From: Lytechinus pictus
Taxonomy: Eukaryota
Direction of reading: 5' to 3'
Assembly (NCBI RefSeq): GCF_037042905.1
Contig: NC_087245.1
Coordinates: forward strand, 29,202,001 to 29,266,000
DNA: 64,000 nucleotides
Positions 51,401 to 64,000 of this stretch are shown in pieces. Under the pieces are notes generated by a model, which worked only from the letters and a program-made list of their open reading frames with translations, was not told where the DNA came from and ran no database searches. Position numbers and translations under genes: made by a program. Each line of letters opens with the position of its first letter. Position 1 is the first letter of the stretch.

Positions 51401-52757
51401 GTAATAGGACGAACTTGGAGTTTTTTCTATTCTTTCACAGCTAAAGTAAGAACGGTCGTATCCGTACAAAGTGGAATTGTTGCTGGATTCTCTTGGGTGA
51501 TCTTTGGACGCAGCCTTAGGGCAGCAGTCACCGAAGAACTGACAAAATTCATCACAAGAACATCCTCGATTACCATCCTCATTTACCATACAAGATTTTT
51601 CTGGACAACTGTGCCGGTCGGGGCAAATCGGAATCGTCAAATTTCCTATCGTGACATTCAATGGACCCTCGGATAAATCTGCAGTTGGAGAAAATGAACG
51701 CAGAATTGTTGAAATGAAGTGATTGGTAAAGTCCAGTTATTTATTGTTGTTAACATTTGTTGAACGAGTCACCCTCGTGAATCCACTGTATTAGCATAAT
51801 CATTATCATTAAGATCACTACAGCCACTATTGTTATCCTCCCCGTCGTCTGCGGACAGTCATGCACTTACAAGGCTTTTATCTACATGACCATGATCATC
51901 TCGAGATTAAATACTCCTCATCCTCCTCCTTCTACTACTCCTGCTGCATGCTACTACCACTACTACTACTATCATAAATTACTGCCAGCACTTCTTCTTC
52001 CACTGATCATGCTGCAGGGCCCTAGGAACTATTTTTTGACTGGGGGTGCTGATGTCAATTTGACAAAAAAAAGGTCATTTTCGTCCCGAGAAATTTGACG
52101 AGCAAAAAAAATGGGTTTCTGAAAAAGAAATGTTGGTCATTTTGGGTACATTTCTCAATTTTGTCATACCGTCCAGAAAAAATAGGGGTGTTGCCTTTGG
52201 AAAATAATCCACGCTGCATCCCCAAGGAAAAGTTTAGGGGTGCTTCAGCAACCCCAGCACACCCACTTCATAGGGCCATGTGATGCTGCCACTAATATGA
52301 AAAAAAAACCAGCTGTTCTTGTATTATATGACATAGTGATATAACGTCTCCATACGCTTCGAGAGGACTTTGTTGCTGCTGCTGCTGCAGCTGCTACTGC
52401 TATTAGTACCAAATGATCAGTGTGAGAGCTTTAACCCGCAACATATTATATTCTTTATTAATTACAAAAAATAAAAATGATTTCATTGTATTTTCTAATT
52501 CCTAGGAAAAAGAGAAGTGTCGATGCTAATTTATTTATTCGAGAAAAATAATAACACTACTTACTTTGAGGTACCTGATGTGATTGTTCTCCACAATCTA
52601 TAGCTTGACTATTCATGTCCAGCCCAGTTGAGGACAGAGATGATTCCGTGGTCTCTTGGGATACAGGAGTCACCATCGTTGACGCGATGAGAGTCCTCGT
52701 CGTCAATAACAGGACTATCACATTCCGGATGGTAGGTAGATGTTTACTCCAGGCCAT
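48460..52757 (-). CDS. Class B (secretin/adhesion/Methuselah-like) 7TM GPCR with N-terminal somatomedin-B-like and Cys-rich ectodomain, about 963 aa
   Basis: Exons (-): 52757-52565 (signal-peptide-like), 51678-49244, 48723-48460, phase-consistent (2892 nt). SMB-like CSCDEFCQFFGDCC; 7tm_2 motifs LSLVSL..TL..Y, CSVLAAISHFLWL, YGDEQTCWI, FGVPV, LMGFTWMFGF, NSLQGVYIF. Confidence 0.92.
52015..52280. mobile_element. hAT-type MITE in GPCR intron 1
   Basis: CAGGGCCCTAGGAA ... TTCATAGGGCCATG; near-perfect 8-bp TSD TCATGCTG / TGATGCTG. Confidence 0.7.
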
Positions 52758-55090
52758 TATCACTCTGAAATTCTTGTAGAATTAACGAATAATTTGCATA
52801 TATTGAAGAAATGTGATTGAAACTATCCTGATAACGTTTTTTTTTTAAATCATTATGTTCACTGCAGCATTTAATTAGCAGCATTGGGTATTTCCTGACA
52901 CTATTCAAGTACTTAACAGCAAAATCAGAAATACTGTCCAATCTTGGATATCACGAAGTCTGTAAAAGGGTACGTCATCGAATCATTATGAGGTTGGATC
53001 TCGACATCATCTTCAGTCCTAACAAAGTGGGAAGGGGCATTCACATGAAAATGGGCCAACTGTCTTTCCTTCATACGGGATTCTGTGACTGGAATACTTA
53101 TGTTTAATATATAAATCAATAAAAACAATATTTTCATTCTTGAATGAAATATCCCTCCCGTTTTGATGATGATAACAATACTAAATTACATTGAGTGAAA
53201 CATACCTTCAAAAGCGGTGCTCTTCTTCTACATTCTCTGCATTCAAATCGATGAAGAAGTTTAACTGATAGACCACTGAGCAAGATTATAATTTATAATT
53301 AAACACCGGGAAATCTGCAACGGTACAATGTTTCATCGATTGACAAGAAGGGAAATCTGATATATTTAAGTAATTTCTAAGAATGGATTCTCAAATTCTT
53401 TTAAGAAGAAAAAAACCTGAGAGGCTCCACTGTATGTCGGTCGCTATAACTGCTTTCGAAGTTTAATGCAGGCCATCATCAACAAACCGCCTTTTAATAA
53501 GCATCGGGGTTTCAGAGGCAAACGTTGTAAATCAACTGCCGACATGGCAGCGCCGCGACGTGTCGTTCCGCCTGCTATGATTACTTTCATTGAGATGCAT
53601 CAGCCTTGTGAACTTCCAAATCATTTCAAGTATAAACATCGATATGTTAACCCATAATTTATGCATAATCAGGGAAACGAAGCAGCGATGGTAAGCTCGA
53701 TGACCAATAGGCGGCTAGAATGTTCAACTACAGTATGTTACCAACCTGAAGTGTATTCGTTATTTATGCCCAGTATATTATAGTCACCTGTCTACATGGT
53801 ATATATTTCTTTAATATTTCAAAATGAACATAAAACATTTGCCAGTTTGGAGGGGTTTTTAAATTGTGGAAAGAGTCATATATATCTTGATCAAGGTTAT
53901 TTTGGTGTTTTTAATGCCATCAAACTATTGTGATGTTTAGTTCCTTCTCAATTATTATTTTCCTATACTAATTTATTTATTGTTGTGGTGGCTGTCAAGA
54001 CAAACCCTCTAGGGTTTTATACAGAAGCCATTTTCCATTTTTGATCATGTAATTTGATCTAAATCATTGTATTTTGATGACCATATTTTTACCTGTTGAT
54101 GTAACTTTTTATATAGATAGAATGGAATAAAATCATATTGAATTGATTGAACTGATTGAAAAATATACTTCATGCCATGCTATCATCGTTTTATCTTTAA
54201 TAACTTGAAACATATTATTTTAACAATGACGCCCAGTCATTAAGAATGTCAATGAAAGCCATTAAAAAACAAAATCTTAACACGCTAAGGCAAGGTAAGA
54301 GGTAAGGTGAATGTTAAGAACACTTTACTGTAAAAACGTTGTTTAAAATTTAAAGCGCGTTGTTTAAGTTTAAGCCCGCCACTTTAACAACTACTGCTTA
54401 AACTTTTAAACAACTGTTTAAACCTTTTAAACAACTGTTAAAACTTTTGTTTTAAGTTGTTAAAAAAGTTTTAACAACTTGTTGTTAGAGTGAAAGGTTA
54501 TACATCGTCCTATTTTATTTCTATGAATTTCACGTTTCGAAGGTTGCTAGGTATCTAAAAACGCTGCACTACCAATGATGAAGAAAGGAAAAAACTATAA
54601 ATTAATGCGACCAGTATTATATTTACCGTAAGCTCTGGCCGTAATGTAATCTATTCCTCTCTATTTATATGGGTTAATTCTGCGACAATAATTTTTTTAA
54701 ACACCGGAATTGAACCTCCATGGAAACAGCAACGCGATATGGCACCAGGGGAAAGATGGCATTCATGCTGCTTATTTTTAATCAAACAGAGACATCTTCT
54801 CGAATCTCTGAGGACCGGGTTTCAAAGTAAGGCTTTCTATGCCCTACAGTTCAATTATGGTAAAGATTGAAATATGACGGTGGTGGTAAGCAATTGTTTA
54901 CACATTCATCGAATTTTATCATCTGCCCTCGCATCAACGAAATGGATGATTTAATGCAAGACGAAGAAGAATGGGCGAAGGAGAGGAGATGGTTATTCAG
55001 TAACACGGTTTGTTACGTTTTCCTTTTCCATGACCTTCTTGACATTTGATGGTTCGTTGAAAATGTTATTAGACCATACAGGAGCATAGC

Positions 55091-56433
55091 TAGCCTATAA
55101 TCTACAGCGGAGGCTGCAGTTGTTGTCTTTGCTGTTATGCTGAACGCAATCGATACGTCTGATGTGGCAAAGACTCCGAACTGCGTCTTGCTTTGGATGT
55201 TTGTTTTTTAATTATTATTATCGACAATGAAATGACGCCAGTTTTTCGTACGAGAACTTCTCATGTATAATAATAATGAATAAGAAATCCGACCAATCAA
55301 AAATACGTTGGAAAGAAGAAGCTAATGATATCTAATATGTAAGTCATGTGACATTGCATCACTTTCTTCATCCAAAATGGCGAGTACGAGTACACGCGAG
55401 AAACTTCTGCGAGAAAGTTTGGATCCCGAGTTTGGATTATGCTGCCGATAAACTCGGCATTCCTAGTGGGAAATTCTGAGACCTTCAAGAATCTGCCATT
55501 CGTAGCGTTATTGACGACGGGAAGAATATATCTGTTGCTTTACCAACAGGATATGGAAAAGGGCACCAGGCAACCAGGCAATCCCTTTGTTTTACGATTA
55601 TCTTCGCGATCACGGCTGTTATGATGGAGATGTCTCAAGTCGTTGGCACACGACCAGCAATACAGGAACCGGTCCCGGTACCACCACATGTCAAACGGCG
55701 AGATCATGGGGAAATACGAATTGATAATCGTTAATTTGACGTCAGGTCTTTCAAATATACTTGAAAATTAAAGTGTGTCGAAATATTTAATATATTATAT
55801 AACGGTTGTTTAAAAACATTAAAACGTTATTTTTGTAGATATTGGCCCGTCTTTTGAAGTCAGGTTTAACTTAGACCAAGGTCTAACTCTGTACTAAAAT
55901 TATAGGGAGCCAAAAAAAGTTTATATTGTATATTTCTTATGTTTACTATTTTGTTTCCTTTTGTTTTCATAAATGAAGAAAAGTACTTCAGTTATCATTC
56001 CCAGACATTTATGAACAATTTTGGTGTCATGTGAGTTAAAGAATTAGATGTGTACTGTAAGGGATTTGTGCCCCAATTGGCTCTCCATAGTTAAACCACA
56101 ACTTTAAACCAGGGTTTAATTTAAACCCGACTTCAGATTACGGGCCATTAAGTAATATGTATTCCTATCTCTTATCCCCATTAAATAATGGACGAGCGGA
56201 ATCTTTTTCTTTGCGACTTCCTATATCTGATTGGTCGAACGTAACTCCGGTCTGCCGTATTTGGCGCGGTTGTTGAATTATACATAGATCCGCAATTTTG
56301 AATAAACATGAATATTGATTAGGCAGACAGGAGTGTATAGGCGGTGGTTGTAGTCTTTGCCACACCAAACGTATATATTGCGTTAGCATAACAGCAAAGA
56401 CAATAACTGCAGCCTCGCCTAGACTGTAGGCTA
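55091..56433 (+). mobile_element. Non-autonomous Academ (AcademH-type) DNA transposon with RecQ-helicase remnant
   Basis: About 58-bp imperfect TIRs TAGCCTA(T/C)A...GAGGCTGCAGTT.TTGTCTTTGCTGTTATGCT..ACGCAAT with TAG...CTA termini. Flanks GAGCATAGC (55082-55090) and GAGCATATAGC (56434-56444). Internal 55480-55560 reads DLQESAIRSVIDDGKNISVALPTGYGK (SF2/RecQ Q-motif + motif I). Confidence 0.8.
55844..56146. mobile_element. Harbinger/Tourist-like MITE nested in the Academ element
   Basis: TIRs GGCCCGT...TGAAGTCAGGTTTAA / TTAAACCCGACTTCAGATTACGGGCC; ATT on both sides. Confidence 0.7.
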
Positions 56434-57486
56434 GAGCATATAGCGGGCTTTTTTTTGGGGGGGGGTAAAAATAAGAGTGATGGTCTTGAATAGAATGGTG
56501 CAGCTTTGCTTTAGCATCGATCAGAGATCAAGCCTCGATGAAGAATGTTTTGAATTAAGAGTAACTGCAGGAGGCTGGAATATATAAGTGATCTCGACGC
56601 ACACCACTAATGGGATCCGGCAAGTAATGGTTGGAAAAATATTCATATAAAATCAACGGTGCATATCTGAACAATTTTTTTCATATGGACATAGAGAGGG
56701 ATTACTACTGGATCTGTTCAGTCCCATGGGAGAGCAGTAATTTGTCAATGCTGGATTTTTGGGGAACTTAATTAGTTGCCCAAGAAACCATGTGAGCACT
56801 GTGACTGCAACCAAGTTTGCAAACTTTGCATGTAGTCTTGGTTTGAGCCCCTGTAGCGCAAAAAAATACTCGAAAACCCCTTTTCATATTTTTAGCGTTT
56901 GAAGGATATTGGATGAACTAGCAAATCATAAAGGTGTGGATGATGTCATTTTTAAGACTTATTTTTGGCGATTTTTTCAAATCTCATTTTTTTTTAACAC
57001 ATGAGTCTATGGGGGAAATAGTTAGTGGTGTGTGCCCTGAAGGAACCTTGCTTATTTTTGTTGCGGATAAAGAATTCCGCATACTTCGAACGTACGCTCA
57101 CACACACTCGCGCGCGCACCCCCACACACATGCCCTCTCACACATATAACCAGCAAATTCGATTCAATTCGTTTACATGCAGAATGCAAATAAAAACACA
57201 GACAGAAATGCATACAGAAATATACAAGCAAGATTTTATTCCGAGACAGTCACTTAATAATTAACTTTCATTTCAAATACCGATGAAGAGCTTTGCGTAA
57301 TTACGAGATGGGCGCACGATGATTTCCAAACAAAATACAAGTTGGTTACCATCACCCGTACACACTTTTAAGCACATATATTTTCAATTAGATTACGTAA
57401 AGTTTCTTCTGCGGAATTGAATCTCGTGCTGAAAATGCACTAATCCCACATCTAGTCTATATATTATTCAATCGACGCTGTACGTT

Positions 57487-57810
57487 CCCTGATAGCAGAC
57501 ACGGTCGTAATGACGTCATAATCTGGTCATAAACTGGTAATACTGGTCGTACGTCGTATGTACGACGTCCTTACGACGTCATTTTGACGACTTTGAACGG
57601 CAACTTTATTTTGCATTTTTGTATGACCAGATTATGCCGTGATTACGACGTCATTTACTGACCAATCTACGACAAGTAAATTTGCATCTTTATCTGACCA
57701 CATTATGACGTGATTATGACATTTATTTACCAATCAACGACGATGAAATTTGCATTTTCATACGACCTTATTATGACATGATTATTTGCGAATCAACGAC
57801 GAGGAAATTA
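57487..57810 (+). repeat. About 58-bp tandem repeats following a CCCTGATAGCAGAC end (probable EnSpm/CACTA-like subterminal array)
   Basis: Three to four copies of TTTGCAT.TTT.T.TGACC..ATTATGACGTGATTA.GAC.T.ATTT...ACCAATC.ACGAC. Confidence 0.6.
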
Positions 57811-58301
57811 ACAATTTTATTTTCAAAGCGCATACTATTTTTTTGCTATTTTTTTCAACCTTGTCATGTTAGCAAGGCTATTTTATATTTAGAAAGGAAA
57901 AATATAAAGAATTATAGTACAGAAACAAAAATTAGGGAAATAGAGCTATGATCATTCTTCAAAGAAAAAAAAGCTCCAAAAGCAGAGGCAAAAATAGTAA
58001 TTTCTTGACTGGTTGCCTACCAAAACCAAATAAGAAGAAGAAGAAGCTTTTTATGTCAAAGAAGTTCGTATCTACTTGTAAACTTATTTCTTACTTGATA
58101 TGCAGACCCCGACTCACCCCACCCCATCAAAATTCCTGACTCCGCAGAATTCGCCGGGTGCGACGTACGTGCTGGTGGCGGGCTTGCGCATGCGCACTGC
58201 AACCGCCAAGTCGCCAACATTTGAAAAAGGTATTCCCTATTATTGCCGTTTATCGAACGAGAAGTGCGACGGAGAAGGCCGTTAATAATTCAACTACTTA
58301 A

Positions 58302-58903
58302 AGGACAAGTCCACCCCAACAAAAAGTTGATTTGAATAGAAAGATAAAAATCAAACAAGCATAACACTGAAATTTCATCAAAATCGGATGTAAAATAAGA
58401 AAGTTATGACATTTCAAAGTTTCGCATAATTTCACAAAACAGTTATATGCACATCCTGTTCGGTGTGCAAATGAGGGAGCCGATGACATCACTCACTCAC
58501 TATTTCTTTTGTATTTTATTATATGAAATATGAAATATTTTTATTTTCTCTTCACTGTCATGTGAAACGGAGTTTCATTCCTCCCTGAACACATGGAATT
58601 CCATTATTTTAACATTTTGTGGTTCAAACAAGGAGGTCCTAATTGTCAAACTCGTAAAAATTGAAATATTGTATAATTCAAACAATAAAAAACAAAAGAA
58701 ATAGTGAGTGAGTGACATCATCGACTCTCTCATTTGCATATCACTGAGTTGAGCATAGAACTGTTTTGTGAAAAATAAGCGGAACTTAAAAATGTCATAA
58801 CTTTCTTATTTCACATCCGATTTTGATGAAGTTTTCAGCGTTATTCATGTTTGATGTTTCTATATTTATTCAACTCAACTTTTTTCTGGGATGGACTTGA
58901 CCT
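58302..58903. mobile_element. TTAA-flanked Kolobok/T2-type MITE with long TIRs
   Basis: TTAA|AGGACAAGTCCACCCC...GGATGGACTTGACCT|TTAA; inverted similarity extends about 200 bp (AAATTTCATCAAAATCGGATGTAAAATAAGAAAGTTATGAC and its reverse complement). Confidence 0.85.
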
Positions 58904-59524
58904 TTAAAGAACACGGGTCAGATTTGGACAACGTCTTCGAAGACATTCGCAGTAAATTAGATAACCATTTTCTATGATTTTCTTTTCGTAATTTGTTAAA
59001 TGGCGGGGCTTGCACGAGGTTTCGTCACTGACACTGGCAATCCCATCCCGTCCGGCGCTCGCTCGGCCGGCGTGGCTGCGCCGAGCACCCGCTGTGGACA
59101 ACTGGCCGGTGGGCCTGGTCAAGTCTGCACACCTAACCGCTATAAAGATTTGAGTTAAGATTTAACATAAATTTATTTTCATTTCACAAAATCTTTCAAT
59201 TGATGATGTTCCTTATATTCTTATAAGTGTGCAAAAAATCTCATAAAAATTGAAAGAAAAAAAATGATTTTCCGGAAAAATTTTCGGTCATGCCTCATGC
59301 TACATCATTCCAGAGTCATTTTCAATGTCAGATTTAACAAAATGATTGATAGTAGCAGTGCCCTATGACTTTGTCTGCACACCCATTCACTTAATTTACA
59401 CACGATGCGAGGATTTCGATGAGAAGGGCTGCATTTTGAGGCCGTCACGTGATAAAATGCCCTAAATTCATTATTTTCCAGCATTTTGATTAAGATTTTT
59501 AATGAATAGATCTGTTTATGACAT

Positions 59525-59722
59525 TTCAGGAAAAAGAGAGGGAGACCCAAAACCACCTGTACCGGCGACACACATGGGGAGATGAGGAGATGAAGTCGGT
59601 GAATATGACCTGGCCCGGGGGAGTTTCCAGAAGAAGGCTCAGAATCGCCGGATGCCAGGAGTGGAGATCCTTCGTAGCTGCCCTACATGCCAGGAGGCAT
59701 CGGGCAGTAGGTAAGTAAGTAG
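59525..59722 (+). mobile_element. 5'-truncated RTE-clade LINE 3' end
   Basis: Frameshifted GK.R.GRPKTT...EEMK...TW...AQNR...WRSFVAALHA, ending in a GTAAGTAAGTAG tandem tail, as in RTE ORF C-termini. Confidence 0.7.
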
Positions 59723-60363
59723 GCTACTTCAGGTGTACGTAGCCTGGAGGCTCCTGGAGAGTAAAAATCATTCTACTATACGTGAGCTTACTCTCCGCGG
59801 AACCTGGGACGGGATGCCATTGCTCTATGCGCACCGAGTACTTTAGAGACAGCAATGTTGCTCCAAAATACTCGTTTTCTTTAAGGTGTTGAGCCCAAAC
59901 TTATGTAAATGGGCTAAAGGTATATTTACCCCGCATGCACTAATGGTGCGTGTATTTATTCCAGTAAATAGGGAAAAATTAGAAAAATAATTAAGAACAC
60001 GAGCATTTACTTACAGTCTGTTATTGTTGCCATCTTGCCGTCTTTGTTATCGTAGCCTAGATATACAAGACGCGTAAAGAGGGCGACAATCCCGACCTTT
60101 CGTTTGAGGACGCGCACGCTTATTTACCACGGTAGGTGATTTTGGAAGAGACTTTTTGGGCCCCTCATCATGGTCGTAAAACTCTGTCCTGCAATGCAAA
60201 TTGTGTGACATGAAATTTTTTTTTCGTGTCGCATCTGCGACGGAAACATTCAATATGCGCTTCGTGTGCAAAATTCTGGTTGCTACTATGGTAACAGCGA
60301 TATATCCGATTGAGGACGACTTTCCAAAGCCACATTTGACTCCTCCTAGAGCTCGAGAGGCCG

Positions 60364-60661
60364 CCCGGGGGGCCCACTTCCATTGATTAGTGGATACCAG
60401 GAGCGACCACGCGTAAAAGGGAACAGAGTGGGCAAGTACGTTACGTATAGGCCTATGTAACGTTTTAAGGGTGTCAAAACGATGTTTAAAATGCTGAAAA
60501 AGGGATATATATCCAATACTTATAGGGTTTCACAAGCCAAATATTTGTTAAGAGATGCATTTTCATAATCTGGAAAAGACTTGCTTCCCTTGTTTAGGGT
60601 ACTTTTCGAAACCCCATGGTCGTGCCTGGTATCCACTCATCAATGGAAGTGGTCCCCCCGG
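60364..60661. mobile_element. MITE with about 50-bp TIRs
   Basis: CCGGGGGGCCCACTTCCATTGATTAGTGGATACCAGGAGCGACCA / TGGTCGTGCCTGGTATCCACTCATCAATGGAAGTGGTCCCCCCGG. Confidence 0.8.
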
Positions 60662-61109
60662 AATTTGAATCTAATCCCCCATTTCTGGGGAAAGTAAAAC
60701 ATAATGCCCATTAAATCGTGTGCGAGAGGCATATCGTTTGTGTAGAAGGAGTAAACAATAGAACAAAGAAACCCGTAAGTTCAAACGTATTGCATATGCT
60801 GTGTACAGAAATGGTTTCGGCTAGAGAGGTTGATCTGACCCATGAAATCAATTGCCAGTGATCCACCAATAATCCACATTAAATGCAATATCGATTCGAT
60901 GGACTGCAATGATCTATATCTAAGCCTTCATTCAGTAAGTTTTTCATCACTCAATATGTACTCGATTTGTTTGAAAAACCACTTTCTTATCCATGTCATA
61001 ATCTATTTAGGTCCTGCATTTCGAATATCTCCAGCCATTAGTCGTAATATACATGTATGTATGGTGCGGGTGTCGCGGGAAAGGATTTTGCACACGAAAA
61101 GCAGATCTG

Positions 61110-61255
61110 TAGGGCCTGTAATCCCCCTGTAACACAAAGCTTAGCATTGATTGTAAGAGCAGTTTTCTACGTTTGATTCTATTGACTATAATGTACAATC
61201 AATCTTAAAAATCAAGTGTATGATTAAGCGTTAACTTTTGTGTTAGGGGACCCTA
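61110..61255. mobile_element. Short palindromic MITE
   Basis: TAACACAAAGCTTAGCATTGAT ... ATTAAGCGTTAACTTTTGTGTTAGGGGACCCTA. Confidence 0.55.
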
Positions 61256-61852
61256 ATATTAGCGTCCGTGAGGATTGCGAAAGGTCCCAAATATCATGAG
61301 CAGTGCCAACTTAGATTTAAAAAACTTGCATCGGCCGATAAATATTGTCTTTTTTGCAGCCCTGGTAGAAGCATCATCATCAGATGCATTAGATCAGCTT
61401 TGATCTTGATACCATCATTCAGACTCTCAGCTGTATCGTTATAGATGGATAAAAAGAACAATATTCATGCAGATTAAATCGTGAGTACAAATTCATCCTT
61501 TTTGGAAGGGATTTGAATATTATTTTATTATTTTTATTATATACATATGCATGAATATGAGATGCCTGTTTGGATGTAGTTTCCTATCACACACAATTTC
61601 TGCAAATCATGTCTTTTGTAAGCCTTAGTGGTGAAAACACATCACAAGGCTATGGTAAAATTACATTTAGTAACCACACTTCATTCGTCAGCATGTTGAA
61701 CTAATGTTTGGAATATATTTGAAACTTAGTTACCCAGGTAATGCCAAACAGTAAACACCATTTGATTTTTGTGAGTCCACTCTGAAAAAAAAGTTAAGTA
61801 ATTTTAATTATGTAACCACTCTGATACAAAGCTTGTCTAATGCTCTTACAAG

Positions 61853-62086
61853 CATGGGCGGAAATCCCGGGGGGGGGGCGTGTCCCCCTACTATTTTGTA
61901 TTTTTTATGATGGAGAAAAATTCATTATTCACAATCAAAATAATACATGTTTTTAGGTCCAAATGATCTTACATCTCGATTTTTTTTTTAAATGACCTCA
62001 CACTTTGTGTGATAACCTTTTTTTTTTGCTTGTCAAATTTTCCAGCCCCTGGTCCCCCTACATTTTGGGACAGATTTCCGCCCATG
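61853..62086. mobile_element. hAT-type MITE
   Basis: TIR CATGGGCGGAAATC / GATTTCCGCCCATG; perfect 8-bp TSD CTTACAAG (61845-61852, 62087-62094). Confidence 0.88.
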
Positions 62087-64000
62087 CTTACAAGGTTCAT
62101 GCTGTTGTCAATTCAAACATAATATATAGGCATAAGGGAAACATCATCACTTAACACGTGCATTTATAATCACATCAGAATTGATCTTCACTATGTGAAA
62201 TTGGCAACTTGTAATTACTTATTTAAACTGATGGAATTACCCCATAACCATTAAAAACACATAAAAAAGCATGAATTAAAATCGTATTTACAAAAAAAAA
62301 AAAAGTGTTTTTTTTTTCAAATAAATTGTCTCTAAAATTTCCTTCCTTATACAGAGATGGTTTAGAGGTCTTGAGGGCATCATGCCCCCCCCCCCCTGGC
62401 CCCTGGCTCTGGCCGTACTTGCCTTTTATTAAATGTCTGTGATCATTACTTTACCACGCACCTACATAATTAAGTACTGGTGATGCAGCTTTCTCCTCTA
62501 CTGCTCCAAGGCCATGGAATTAGCTGCATCCTCTCCTCCAATTGTCAACAACCTTGGATCAATTCAAATATAATTTGAAAACCTACCATATTCGTGCTCA
62601 TCTTTGCTCGTGTGCTGACTAGGATGGCGTCTCAAAGCGCTTTTTATCTCGCAAAAAACTTCGTTGTGTAAATGCGAACAGGCATTGAGATCAAGCATAA
62701 GGGTAACCATGGATATGGCTTTGATTACTTTTTTAACAAAACTGACAAATTCATCAAAATAGGACAAGGAATAATAAAGTAATGAATGACATTCTAACCT
62801 GAGCATTATTTTGGTGAAAGAGCTCTTAGCATATGCAAGAAGCAAGCTGATGATGGCATACACGTATCCCCAACTTATTATTTTGTAATTCATCATATAA
62901 TATAATTGCTGAGAAATGAGCAAAATAAGCATGTAATTTTATCAAATGTCAGGTATTTTTTTAATCAATTATAATACACTGTCCTGTCCCACATGTGCTT
63001 TTCTGTATTAGTGATCATCAGAATTATCAATTTTAAGTTAAACATTTATGATTTTACAAAGATACAAGTTTACATTAATGTACCAGATCTACATCATGTA
63101 CACTATTTTGACAATTAACCTCGATTTAAAAGACTTTCTCAAGAAATAATTGTTTGCTGCAACTACTGTCTTTTACCTCTAAGTGAAAGTGTAATACAAC
63201 CACAAACTTTTCATCAGAATTAATGTACATGTATGAGTATTTCACCCAAATGCAAGCTTTCATAAATCCTGAAATCTTTGCATCTCGGGTATTTCATTTT
63301 TTTACTTACAGTATATTTTTACCTACATTACATAGCTGTCTAAAGTTAAAGGTATATTTAATTACACTTTCAACAAGAAAGCCATATTCTTGGAGATCAT
63401 TATTATTCATAATGACTCTGTTATATATTAATGTGTAATTGTTTCATTCCTTTGACCCTAATACTGCATTTTAGTAGAAAAGTGTGCTTTTTATAATCTA
63501 TTTAGAGTTTTTAAACTTCAGTTTTTTCCTTTTTTGCTGGTAATGTCCTGTTATACAACTTTTGGCAAAGTGCCTTATATGATTATTGCTAGATGGAATA
63601 TTTCATCGCAAGCAGTTTCTTTGTTTACACGATAAAACTCTATTTTGAAATGGTAAAGATCGTTCTCCTTCCCATTTCAGTTATTAAAAGTTATAAGCCC
63701 CATGCTTTTAGAAATGTATATTTCAGAAAAGTTTGATTCTTCTTGATAAACATTCATTATATTAAAAAAATATTGCTTTCAAATCCAAGTACTATTTAAG
63801 CATATTTTGGCTTTACACGCATTGAATTAGTGACTTCTAAAGCATTCGTGGTTTTCTACTTCACTGAGCATCGTTAGTTGATTGATAATATTGAATATGA
63901 TGTTCGATGCTGTACGATGATGTCATCAATGTCATGAAATGAAATAAATATAAGCATTATTCATGCAATACAATCCGATTATATTCGTATTCATTATGTA

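Noticed and set aside
57487-57810. CRISPR-like array
   Set aside because: Eukaryotic context, degenerate whole-unit tandem repeats without unique spacers, and no cas genes.

Overview
AT-rich, intron-rich animal genomic DNA; the repeat style suggests a marine invertebrate, probably a sea urchin (inference). Three protein-coding genes can be reconstructed by hand from GT-AG sites with consistent phases. (1) A + strand gene of at least 28 exons (720..30939, at least 1485 aa) encoding an unnamed protein: three CYxC motifs, an ER/K helix, three FxLxKT repeats, a long PEVK-like region, coiled coil and a C-terminal EF-hand-like domain. (2) A - strand 10-exon SLC17 (sialin-like) transporter (34002..42014). 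(3) A - strand 3-exon class-B/Methuselah-like GPCR with an SMB-like domain and no GPS motif (48460..52757). The highlight is a Penelope-like retroelement (4878..8957) in an intron of gene 1. It has an intact RT + GIY-YIG ORF, a perfect 13-bp target-site duplication and a minimal hammerhead ribozyme at its 3' end. It is inserted between the host's likely branch point and 3' splice site. The rest is rich in non-autonomous DNA transposons (TTAA Kolobok-type, piggyBac, hAT and Harbinger-like MITEs, and an AcademH derivative with a RecQ remnant), plus a tRNA-derived SINE and an RTE 3' fragment. All coordinates were read by eye and no database searches were run.
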